Shown here: positions 52,493 to 64,000 of the stretch, piece by piece | Numbering within the stretch: position 1 is the stretch's first letter | Layout: the number at the start of each line of letters is the position of its first letter | NCBI GenBank assembly: GCA_963713855.1 | Contig: OY970209.1 | Span: 32,001 to 96,000 of the forward strand | Reading direction: 5' to 3' | Source: an uncultured bacterium | Lineage (GTDB): Bacteria > Babelota > Babeliae > Babelales > Babelaceae | DNA length: 64,000 nucleotides | The notes under the pieces: generated by a model | The model's database searches: none | What the model was told of the DNA's origin: nothing | The model's input: only the letters and a program-made list of their open reading frames with translations | Position numbers and translations under genes: made by a program

Positions 52493-52987
52493 TTATTTAT
52501 TGCCTTTATATCCGTGAAATACCGCCTCAATGCGCCAACCATTTGGATCAATTACAAAAGCACCGTAATAGCCTTCGTGATATTGAGGACGGGGTCCCGG
52601 AGCCCCATTGGAAGTGGCCCCTAGTTCAAGGCACTTTTTATACCAGCGATTGACTGACTCAGCATCTGGCGCTAGAAAGGCAACATGAAACCCTCGAGCT
52701 CGACCAATTTCTTCATCTGCCTTTCCCATAGGGCTAATCCAAAAAGAAGGCTTACCATTTTTACCGTAGCCCGCGGTGAGTACATGTTTATGTGGCAGAT
52801 CGATTGTCATAACCCTTTTATAGCCAATCACTGAAAGTGTCTCGTCATAAAAAGTTCGACTTTTTTCATAATCTTTAACTGATAACGAGACGTGATCAAG
52901 CATGAGTGTATTTTTGCAAAAAAATAAACAATAACCAATAGCCGCTATTAACGCTGCTATGATAAGATAAGCTACTCCCTTTTTCAT
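52493..52987 (-). CDS. VOC/glyoxalase family protein with an N-terminal membrane anchor
   Basis: LDHVSLSVKDYEKSRTFYD, FHVAF.A, PGPRPQYH..YYGAFVIDPNG.RIEAV. Confidence 0.9.
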   Translation of the reverse strand: MKKGVAYLIIAALIAAIGYCLFFCKNTLMLDHVSLSVKDYEKSRTFYDETLSVIGYKRVMTIDLPHKHVLTAGYGKNGKPSFWISPMGKADEEIGRARGFHVAFLAPDAESVNRWYKKCLELGATSNGAPGPRPQYHEGYYGAFVIDPNGWRIEAVFHGYKGNK

Positions 52988-53059
52988 GATAATCCTAAAA
53001 ATGTTGAAAGCTTCAGCTAACATAACACTATCATGCTCGCTTAACAAGCCGTTTTCGGT

Positions 53060-53365
53060 TCAGAATAAAAAGATTTCCTCATTAGGAAAGCCCATTTGTA
53101 ACTCTTTGCGCGCTATTTTTTCTCGATACCAGGGAAACTCGGAAAGCTCATCTACCTCTTTTTCAAGATCACTAATTTCAAACTCAAGTTGCTTTATCGA
53201 CTTTATAAGTAGCTCGTTTTCTAAAACTACTTCTTTGAGGCCCTTCGACCCGCGAGGTTTTATAATAAATCGCCAGCAAAAAAGAGTGCTTTCCAAAGAA
53301 AGAAGTACTGCGAGTATAAAAATTGTTCTCTTTTTCACGATCGGGTACCTTGTACTTTTAATCAA
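53060..53365 (-). CDS. ftsB: Septum formation initiator (FtsB/DivIC family)
   Basis: TM helix, coiled coil, EKIARKELQM..PNE. Confidence 0.75.
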   Translation of the reverse strand: MIKSTRYPIVKKRTIFILAVLLSLESTLFCWRFIIKPRGSKGLKEVVLENELLIKSIKQLEFEISDLEKEVDELSEFPWYREKIARKELQMGFPNEEIFLF

Positions 53366-53431
53366 CCTAAGTCTAAAAACAGCGAATAGAGAGATACAAG
53401 AAAAAAATAGGTTAAGTTTAAAGTACAGCGC

Positions 53432-55264
53432 TTATTCTATCGAAACAGATTTTGATAAATTACGAGGCTTATCTATAGGGTGCTCAAGAACAAGCCCTAT
53501 TTGATACATAAAAAATTGCATAAGTGCTGTCATAGCTATTGGAGCAAGAAGAGGGTCGACTGGCGGTATAATAAATGCTCTATCTGCAAGTCCTATGAGA
53601 TCATCTTGGCCAGAGAATGCAAACACAAGAAGTTTTCCAGATCGATTCTTCACTTCTTTAGCATTAATGAGAAGCTTTTGGTAAATAGTTCTGTGCAATG
53701 ATGAAAATAAGAACACAGGTACATCCTCATCCACCAATGCAACCGACCCGTGCTTGAATTCTCCCGAGTAACAAACATCTACAAAAAGGTATCCCATCTG
53801 CTTAAGCTTAAGAGCAGCTTCAAGAGCAAAGGGATATCCCATGTGACGACCGAGAAAAATGAAATGCTTATAATGGGCATATGATGGAGCAATGGTAGAA
53901 ATTATATGCCTTTTATATGACTCTAGGGCACTTTCTTGCACCTCAGCCGTTACAATTAAGTTTTGATAAGCAATTTCAACATCCCGTTGGGTAATAAGCT
54001 TTTTTTCAAAAGCGATCTCGTGGGCTAAAAGATAGAGCACTGCTAGCTGCGCCGTGAACGCCTTAGTAGAAGCTACCGAAACTTCAAGACCCGCCTGGGT
54101 CAAAAGAAACCCAGTCGCTTCTCGCACCATGCTGCTCGAAGCTACATTAGTCAATGCAAGCGTCGGTAATTCTAAAGCATTTGCGGCTCTTAAAGCCTCT
54201 AAGGTGTCCATCGTTTCTCCGGATTGAGAAACACCAATATAGAGGCTCCTTTTTTGCGGGAAAAATGGTGCATCCCGAAACTCAGAAGCTAGACATGCTC
54301 GCGCAGGTATGCGGGCGATTTCTTCAAAAAAGAAAGCTCCTATCGAAGCTGCATTCCAAGACGATCCACACCCGAACAAGTGTAATGACTCAATTTCGCA
54401 AACCGTTGATGGATCAATACCAATGCGTTGCCATAATGAATTACCCAGAAATTTGATAAAATGAACCGTGTCATAGATTGTTTTCTTTTGGTCGTACATT
54501 TCTTTGAGCATGAAATGCTCATAAGACCCTTTAGCAGCAGTTAATTCCTCAACATGCAAAGGCAGCGGCTGGCCAGTAAATGAATACAGTTCTATGCTCT
54601 CTTTACGAACAAGTGCAAAAGTTTCATCAGGCATAAAAACGACCTGTTGCGCCTTACCAGCAAACGAGAGCAGATCAGATGATACAAACATTTCGCTCTT
54701 GCCAACACCTATATATAAAGGGCAATGCTTTCGTGCAATAATAAGCGTATCTGGAAACTCTTGAAGAATACAGGCGATAGCATAAGCGCCTACAAGCCTT
54801 CCCGTTAAATCAACAAATGCGGCGCGTAAGCTCGTATGTGTCAAAAGAAGTGCTTCAAGTAAATGAGCTACCGTTTCGGAATGAGCTTGATCTTGAAATA
54901 TGTGACCCGTTTGTATGAGAAAGTCTCGCAGCGCATGATGGTTTTCAATAATGCCATTGTAGACAAGAGAAATTTTATTTGAGCAATCAACCTGTGGCGA
55001 GGCTTTAGCGTCTTCGAGTGGTAATCTGTGGGAAGACCAGCGGATATGTCCAATACCAATAGGCCCGTCTAGTAAAGACTGCTCAACTTTTTCAATAAGC
55101 TCACTTATACTTCCTTGTACTTTGCAAGCTGCAAGCGTCGCGTCTGTAGCATTTAAGCAGCCAAACCCACCAGCGTCATAGCCACGGTATTCAAGACGAG
55201 CTAAGCTTTCAATTATATGGGCTTTGCTCATCCCCGAACCTACATACCCAACTATCCCAGACAC
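53432..55264 (-). CDS. glmS: GlmS homolog with substituted catalytic residues
   Basis: Full GATase-II + 2xSIS layout (LEYRGYD, NGIIEN, SQSGET, VASTKAF, KHG, PRNLSKSV), but MSGIVG instead of MCGIVG and LKLKQM instead of LKLKEI. Confidence 0.85.
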   Translation of the reverse strand: MSGIVGYVGSGMSKAHIIESLARLEYRGYDAGGFGCLNATDATLAACKVQGSISELIEKVEQSLLDGPIGIGHIRWSSHRLPLEDAKASPQVDCSNKISLVYNGIIENHHALRDFLIQTGHIFQDQAHSETVAHLLEALLLTHTSLRAAFVDLTGRLVGAYAIACILQEFPDTLIIARKHCPLYIGVGKSEMFVSSDLLSFAGKAQQVVFMPDETFALVRKESIELYSFTGQPLPLHVEELTAAKGSYEHFMLKEMYDQKKTIYDTVHFIKFLGNSLWQRIGIDPSTVCEIESLHLFGCGSSWNAASIGAFFFEEIARIPARACLASEFRDAPFFPQKRSLYIGVSQSGETMDTLEALRAANALELPTLALTNVASSSMVREATGFLLTQAGLEVSVASTKAFTAQLAVLYLLAHEIAFEKKLITQRDVEIAYQNLIVTAEVQESALESYKRHIISTIAPSYAHYKHFIFLGRHMGYPFALEAALKLKQMGYLFVDVCYSGEFKHGSVALVDEDVPVFLFSSLHRTIYQKLLINAKEVKNRSGKLLVFAFSGQDDLIGLADRAFIIPPVDPLLAPIAMTALMQFFMYQIGLVLEHPIDKPRNLSKSVSIE

Positions 55265-55280
55265 AGTACTCTCTCTGCGA

Positions 55281-55718
55281 TTAACGTTTTACAAACTGGA
55301 ATTTTCTTCGAGCAGCTTTTTGACCATATTTTTTGCGTTCTTTTACTCGGGCATCAACAGTAAGAAGGCCATGCTGTCTTAAAAGAGGTTTTAAATCTGG
55401 ATTAGAAGAGAGAAAAGCCCTTGCAAGCCCGAGTTTAACCGCGTCAGCTTGCGAGCAGAGTCCGCCTCCAGTTACATTCACTTCTACATCATATGAATGA
55501 GCGTGGGGAACGAGGCGTGATGGTATACTTGCCGCATCGCGTGTAACGTCCGTATCAAAATACACCTTATAGTCTCTCCCGTTAATCACCATTTTACCAG
55601 CACCACGTCGGAGCCAAACACGGGCGACCGAAGATTTTCTACGGCCAACCCCGTGTCCTAAAGATACAGGGCGCGTGGGAGCGGCTTGTCGTTTTGCTTT
55701 TGAAGGTTTAGCTTCCAT
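55281..55718 (-). CDS. rpsI: 30S ribosomal protein S9
   Basis: GRRKSSVARV, GGG..QADA, ERKKYG..ARRKFQFVKR. Confidence 0.97.
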   Translation of the reverse strand: MEAKPSKAKRQAAPTRPVSLGHGVGRRKSSVARVWLRRGAGKMVINGRDYKVYFDTDVTRDAASIPSRLVPHAHSYDVEVNVTGGGLCSQADAVKLGLARAFLSSNPDLKPLLRQHGLLTVDARVKERKKYGQKAARRKFQFVKR

Positions 55719-55755
55719 ATTTTTTTAGATCCTTAACATTGTTAATATATTGTCA

Positions 55756-55831
<76 letters not shown>

Positions 55832-55907
55832 AGGCCCACGCTTTAGTATATCATTTTTGAGATTTCCTTCAAAAAATTCACTAAAGCCTGGCGGTTCAAG
55901 ATTCAGC

Positions 55908-56258
55908 CTAAGCCTGAGATTTTTCCTCAACGGCCTCTTGGCAAGCAAGGCAGCGTGTCACATTAGGATAGAGCTGAAGACGTTTTTCTGAGATAGGTTG
56001 GCCGCAATCAATACAAATTCCGTAGGTTCCTGCCTCAATCATAGAAAGAGCTTTAAGGATCATAACGTACTCGTCATGCTCATTATTTTGTAAAGATATA
56101 TTCACATCCTCAAGAGATGAAGCCGATGCTTGATCGGAAGGATCGGGAGATTGCCTATCTCCGAATTGCTCTCTCGATAAGCGGGTCAATTCGACCTCGA
56201 GCTCAGCCTTTCGCTTAAGAAGCCTTTCTTTAATTGCTGCTATTACGATGTCGTTCAC
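55908..56258 (-). CDS. dksA: DksA/TraR family transcription factor
   Basis: DPSDQA (DxxDxA) coiled-coil tip; GTYGICIDCG.PI...RL..P....CLACQ zinc finger. Confidence 0.88.
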   Translation of the reverse strand: MNDIVIAAIKERLLKRKAELEVELTRLSREQFGDRQSPDPSDQASASSLEDVNISLQNNEHDEYVMILKALSMIEAGTYGICIDCGQPISEKRLQLYPNVTRCLACQEAVEEKSQA

Positions 56259-56722
56259 TAGTACCCTTTCTTTCTTTTCTGTTTAAAAAATTGTTTTAGC
56301 AAAGCAGCCGATTCTAACGCTAAAACATGGCTCGTAATATTTTTTATGTGCTTAGTATATAAAGCAAGGACTCCTTCCTTGTCAAGACGGTAGCCAAAAA
56401 GCGGCGAATCAGCCCCATAAACAATTCTTTCAATCCGGCTTAATGCTGCAAGGCTTATACACATCATGCAAGGCTCGAGCGTTACATAGAGCGTGTAGGA
56501 GGTCAAGCGCCAATCAGCCTTTTTTTTGCAAGCGCTACGAATAGCGCGTACCTCGGCATGCTCACTCTGGCAACCAATTGATTCAACCTTGTTATACCCC
56601 TGACCTACTAAGAGCCCATTATCCGAAACCACTAAGGCTCCAATGGGAACTTCCCCCTCGCTTTTAGCTCGTAACGCCAGCTTGAGAGCTCGCCGCATAA
56701 AAAATTCATCAGCTTCCAGCAT
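56258..56722 (-). CDS. tadA: tRNA adenosine deaminase
   Basis: GEVPIGA, HAE, WRL...LYVTLEPCMMC. Confidence 0.9.
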   Translation of the reverse strand: MLEADEFFMRRALKLALRAKSEGEVPIGALVVSDNGLLVGQGYNKVESIGCQSEHAEVRAIRSACKKKADWRLTSYTLYVTLEPCMMCISLAALSRIERIVYGADSPLFGYRLDKEGVLALYTKHIKNITSHVLALESAALLKQFFKQKRKKGY

Positions 56723-57110
56723 AAGTCTCCTTATTTAGCCTTTAATAGACTAAAATAATGAATAATTTTAGCAAAATTATAACAAATATCAAATATTAAT
56801 TTCAATCACCCATTTAAACTCACCCTTTGCAAGCGTCCTTGCATCGAGTAAAGTGGGAAAAAGCACCCCATAGGCTATGCCTCATTTTTAGTGCTTTTAA
56901 AAATAAGCACACTAGCATACCACAAAATAAGCACGCAATCTTTTAATTCTTAACTTTCATTTTTCAGCACAGTTAATACTAAATAAACTTCTAAGAATCA
57001 TTTATAAAAAAAGTGCTATCTAGGAAAAAAATAGAAATAGCTTTACTTTAAAGGTTTTTCTGGTAAAAAAATTAAGTAGTTGTTTACATTTCTAGTTTCA
57101 AGGAGCTTTC

Positions 57111-58288
57111 ATGAAATTACTTTCAAGAATTGCGCTTTCTTTGTTATTCCTTATGCCTTATGCAAGGGGACAAGGAGGAGCTTTTTCTTTTGATGGCAAA
57201 CGAGCCGTGGTAATAGAGCCAGGCGATGCCACTTTCGAACATGCGTTTAACGATTACCATCACTATTATCCAAAATCCGAAGTTAAAATGTTTGAAGTGT
57301 ACGCGAGTCCATTTTACAAACATTGGAGCTTCTCGGACGAAAAGAATGGTGAGGGATCTCTAAACACTTTTGGATCATTCCTTCAAGGCCAAGTAAATTG
57401 GGGCGATGTTTGGTTTCGTATTAACACTATCGTGGGCAGAGCTCAAGAGAAGTTAAAAGAAATTGAAACAAAAAAAGAAGAAGGGGAAGCCAAGGAAAAA
57501 ACTTCTGCAAAAACAGAATCTGAAGGCCGTTCAAGAACCGGTGTTGACGACGTACTCCTTAAAGTTGGTTACGACTTCTTTGTTGATGGCGATGACCACA
57601 TTGGCGTGTATGCAGTAGGAGGCATTGCTACTCACCGAGACCTAAAATCTTTCCTCACTCCCGACAACATTTTAAGCCTTAAAACACCTGCTCTTGGTAC
57701 AAAAAACTACAGACTTGGTGTTGGTCTTACTGGTGGTTGGACGGTATATGCATGCGATGATCAGCACGCAGCATGGCTTTTCGATGCTCAGTATCGTTAT
57801 GCATTCCCTGCAACATATATCAATTTTAAAGAGCACATGGATGCAAAAGACACCAATACGGAACACATTAAAAAGCTGACAATCACGACATCAGCTTTAC
57901 TCCTGGACACACCATAACTTCATGGAGTGCTTTGCATTATGCAGTTGATTGTTGGCATTTTGAGGTAGGAAGCTCTTTCATCGGAACATTCGGCAGACAT
58001 CTTCATTTTGATAGAATCGAGACTGAAGATAAAAGCAAAGATAGTGCAGATGAGAAGAAGAGTGAGACACATCCTCTTGATGGCAAAATCATCGAGCCAG
58101 ATACCATTAAGTTTGGGGTAACACCATATGTGGGCATATCCTACTCTACCCTTGTCAATGATAACCCGTTGACCGTTGGCTTTGGTATAGGTTATGACTT
58201 CAATCGTCTACATGAGCGAAACAAAGATGCTAAATCAGATAGCCTCCATGGCTTTAAAACCTGGTTTACTGTTGCGCTTAACTTCTAA
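57111..58288 (+). pseudogene. Putative outer-membrane family protein (paralog 5) split by a -1 frameshift
   Basis: TGVDDVLLKVGYDFF family motif; the -1 frame from about 57872 reads KADNHDISFTPGHTITSWSALHYAVDCWHFEVG and ends WFTVALNF. Confidence 0.75.
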
Positions 58289-58316
58289 TTCAGCTTACTT
58301 TTAAAGCAAAGTAAAA

Positions 58317-58355
58317 GGGAGCTATACAAAAAGTATAGCTCCCTCATTTTTTTTA
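58317..58355. terminator. Intrinsic terminator, probably bidirectional
   Basis: GGGAGCTATAC-aaaaa-GTATAGCTCCC with a T-tract after it. Confidence 0.8.
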
Positions 58356-58372
58356 TCACCTAATCGAGTACT

Positions 58373-59008
58373 TTAAAGATCGATTTCTTCCAAAACATCG
58401 TCCGGTTCGACAAAAATATTGCCAGCCGCATCGGAACTAACAAAGTAGTCATCAACGTATTCTAGAAATCTAGAATTTCGATGCATTCTTCCAATTCCAA
58501 ATCTAAATTCATAACCATTTCTTGTCTTCGTTGCTTTGCTTTTTCTTCTAACAGTTCTAAGGGCGTTTTCAATATGCATTTTAAAGTCATCGAGATTTTC
58601 GAGGACTTTTCCCTTAGCTTCATATTCAATCAACTTGGTTAAAACAACTTCAATAACCGTTATTTTGATTATTGCATCTTCAAAGTCGTACAACTGCTTT
58701 CCCATAGAAAACCCATACATCGTAGGGCCTAAAATGGTAAAGAGCCTGGCATGAAGACGATCTAAATCTTCTATGGTATTTACTTCATCAAAACCTCTTG
58801 AATCGGTATTTTCCTCATCTTTTGAAGCACCATCACGCAGATCTTGAAATTCTTTTTCTGCTATTGCTAACTCTACCTTGGCCTGCTCAACTGGCGATAA
58901 TGCACTCGCTTGATTGTTAGCAGCGATGTAAAAATCGGAGCTTCGATCTTCCTGAGCCAGAGAAAGACTCACACTCAAAAGCAGAAAAAGCACTATAAAC
59001 TTATTCAT
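58373..59008 (-). CDS. Secreted hypothetical protein
   Basis: AAGGA RBS; MNKFIVLFLLLSVSLSLA signal peptide. Confidence 0.7.
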   Translation of the reverse strand: MNKFIVLFLLLSVSLSLAQEDRSSDFYIAANNQASALSPVEQAKVELAIAEKEFQDLRDGASKDEENTDSRGFDEVNTIEDLDRLHARLFTILGPTMYGFSMGKQLYDFEDAIIKITVIEVVLTKLIEYEAKGKVLENLDDFKMHIENALRTVRRKSKATKTRNGYEFRFGIGRMHRNSRFLEYVDDYFVSSDAAGNIFVEPDDVLEEIDL

Positions 59009-59227
59009 ATATCAATCCTTCTAAAATACTAACCACAAGACATCTTTCATATACATTGACGATAAAGAAAATTACAAAATAGTCAATATAAATTGGCCCC
59101 GATAGGTGGTCTGTTCCACAAAAAACCGTAAGTGTTCGGCTCATTTAAAGCCTGGCAAAAATTCAAACTCTTGACTAATTTTTATTTTTTTTAATACATT
59201 TAGTAATAAATATGGAGAATTTATAAA

Positions 59228-59632
59228 ATGAAGACCTTTAAAATCCTTACCACTTGGGCCCTGGTGACTTGTGCGCTTCATGCGGGAGCTACGAGGGACC
59301 TTTTATCTGAACCTAAAGCTGCGCTCTCTTGTTTTGATGAACTCACCCAAAAGCCATCTCAATGTATGGGCTACTCAGAAAAAATGGCGATAAGAAAGTG
59401 GATAAAAGCTGAGGGTCTTACTTGTTTTGGCAAGGATCCAAAAAAGGCTGCCGAAGATCTTATACACGACCAACCGAAAAAGGATCTTCTTTGTTTTTTT
59501 CTTCAAGAATACCCTGAGCGCCCCTGGAGAAAATTAAAACATCACCTAGTAAAACGTACGGTATATAAGCCTCTACCACCTAAAGGAAGAGAATATCTTT
59601 ACGAAGATCCGCCACTTGGTACACTTTTATAA
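59228..59632 (+). CDS. Secreted hypothetical protein
   Basis: GGAG RBS; signal peptide ending LHA. Confidence 0.65.
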   Translation: MKTFKILTTWALVTCALHAGATRDLLSEPKAALSCFDELTQKPSQCMGYSEKMAIRKWIKAEGLTCFGKDPKKAAEDLIHDQPKKDLLCFFLQEYPERPWRKLKHHLVKRTVYKPLPPKGREYLYEDPPLGTLL

Positions 59633-59645
59633 CTAGAGCGTTTCA

Positions 59646-60472
59646 TTAGAGCTGTACTTGGACGGGTTGTTTTTGCGTTAAGATTTCCTGGCTTTCGAGC
59701 GTTTCAATCTTGTCAAAAACAAATGGATTTTTGCTTCTAGGATCGTAGGTAACATGGGCTACACAGCAGTTGGGAATTTCATACATCTTGCCCGTGATGC
59801 TTTCAAACAAGGTATACATAACCCCTGCATGAGTAACGACAACTACTTCCTGGCCTGGATGGCTTTTTGCAATCTCTTTAAGACACCGGGTAACACGCAT
59901 TAAAAGTTGATTTTTACTTTCGCCTTCAGGCCATTCCGGATGGGCCCAACGAAGCTCTTTGTAGGATAGCGAGCTTCTAAGTCTTTGCGCCATGTTCCGC
60001 AACTTAAATCTCGCTCATCAGGAGTAAGGCCCTGAGCTTTACCAACATGAAGCTCTCTCAGATCGGGCTTACGGCATACATATTTTCCCATCTTACAAGC
60101 GATTTCCTGTGCGGTGTGGGCAGCTCTTTCAAGATCTGAAGCATATACAGCCGTCACATTCCCTTTTAATTGACAAAGTCGCGCTGCTACGACTTTCGCT
60201 TCATTGCGGCCGTGCTCATTAAGAGGGATGTTTGCAGTTCCTTGCATACGGTGTTTTACGTTCCAGTCAGTCTGTCCGTGACGCACAAGCAAGAATTTTG
60301 TCTTTTGTTCAACTACTTTTGGTTGTTTTAAAGTGTTTGTCACTGGCCTTCTTATAGCCGGTATTACATTTTTTTTCTGCAACTTACGACTCTTAACTTT
60401 CCCTACCAAAAGCTGAACACCCGAGGCTACAAGTGTTAGAAAAAGTAAGCCAAGTAACGTTTTTTGATTCAT
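59646..60472 (-). pseudogene. Histidine phosphatase (PGM family) split by a -1 frameshift
   Basis: LVRHGQTDWN, SDLERA..TA and LRE in ORF 59900-60472; PEGES and VVVTHAG in ORF 59646-60002. Confidence 0.8.
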
Positions 60473-60726
60473 TTATTCTTCCTTTCAAAAAATTCTCTAT
60501 CTATAACTACCTCACAATACGAATATTCTTGATAACTATTATAATAGAAATAAAAACTTAGTAAATGAAAAAGGCGGGATTTTTGCAAAATGAAAAAGGC
60601 ACTTTCTCAAAACTCTTTGTGAAGATGACAAACCGCTCTTAACGTAAGGTAGAATCCCTAGATAAAAAGCAAATAATGTGTATACTATATACATAACCGA
60701 TACATTCGCCTAAAGGCTCTATTTGA

Positions 60727-64000
<3,274 letters not shown>

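Noticed and set aside
52986..53504. 172-aa plus-strand ORF
   Set aside because: It is antisense to ftsB and the end of glmS, with no recognisable features

Overview
This is an AT-rich bacterial chromosome segment using genetic code 11. The gene style suggests Dependentiae/TM6 (Babelota), which are intracellular parasites of protists; this is inferred from the signal-peptide ankyrin proteins, an expanded Cys-rich outer-membrane-like family, SpoVG and scattered housekeeping genes, not from a search. Core genes are rsmH, murF, acpP, gltX, rpmF, dprA, gyrA, lepA, grpE, ssb, pgsA, mnmA, argS, thrS, nth, mrdA, ftsB, rpsI, dksA, tadA, gyrB, partial tilS, tRNA-Gln(TTG) and tRNA-Thr(CGT), interleaved with secreted hypothetical proteins. 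The most notable items are: (1) a three-gene locus at 164-5495, with a Gly-Asn-Thr collagen-like protein flanked by two signal-peptide glycosyltransferases, one resembling the N-terminal domain of animal procollagen galactosyltransferase COLGALT1; (2) a ~270 nt multi-hairpin non-coding element next to ssb and a ~90 nt hairpin sRNA candidate upstream of argS; (3) a full-length GlmS homolog with both catalytic residues replaced; (4) five Cys-rich putative beta-barrel paralogs plus a histone H1/Hc2-like protein, hinting at a chlamydia-like condensed infectious form; (5) a membrane-tethered degenerate sigma54-activator-like regulator; (6) three broken or frameshifted genes. No CRISPR array, integrase or transposase was seen. 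All family calls come from motif recognition by eye.
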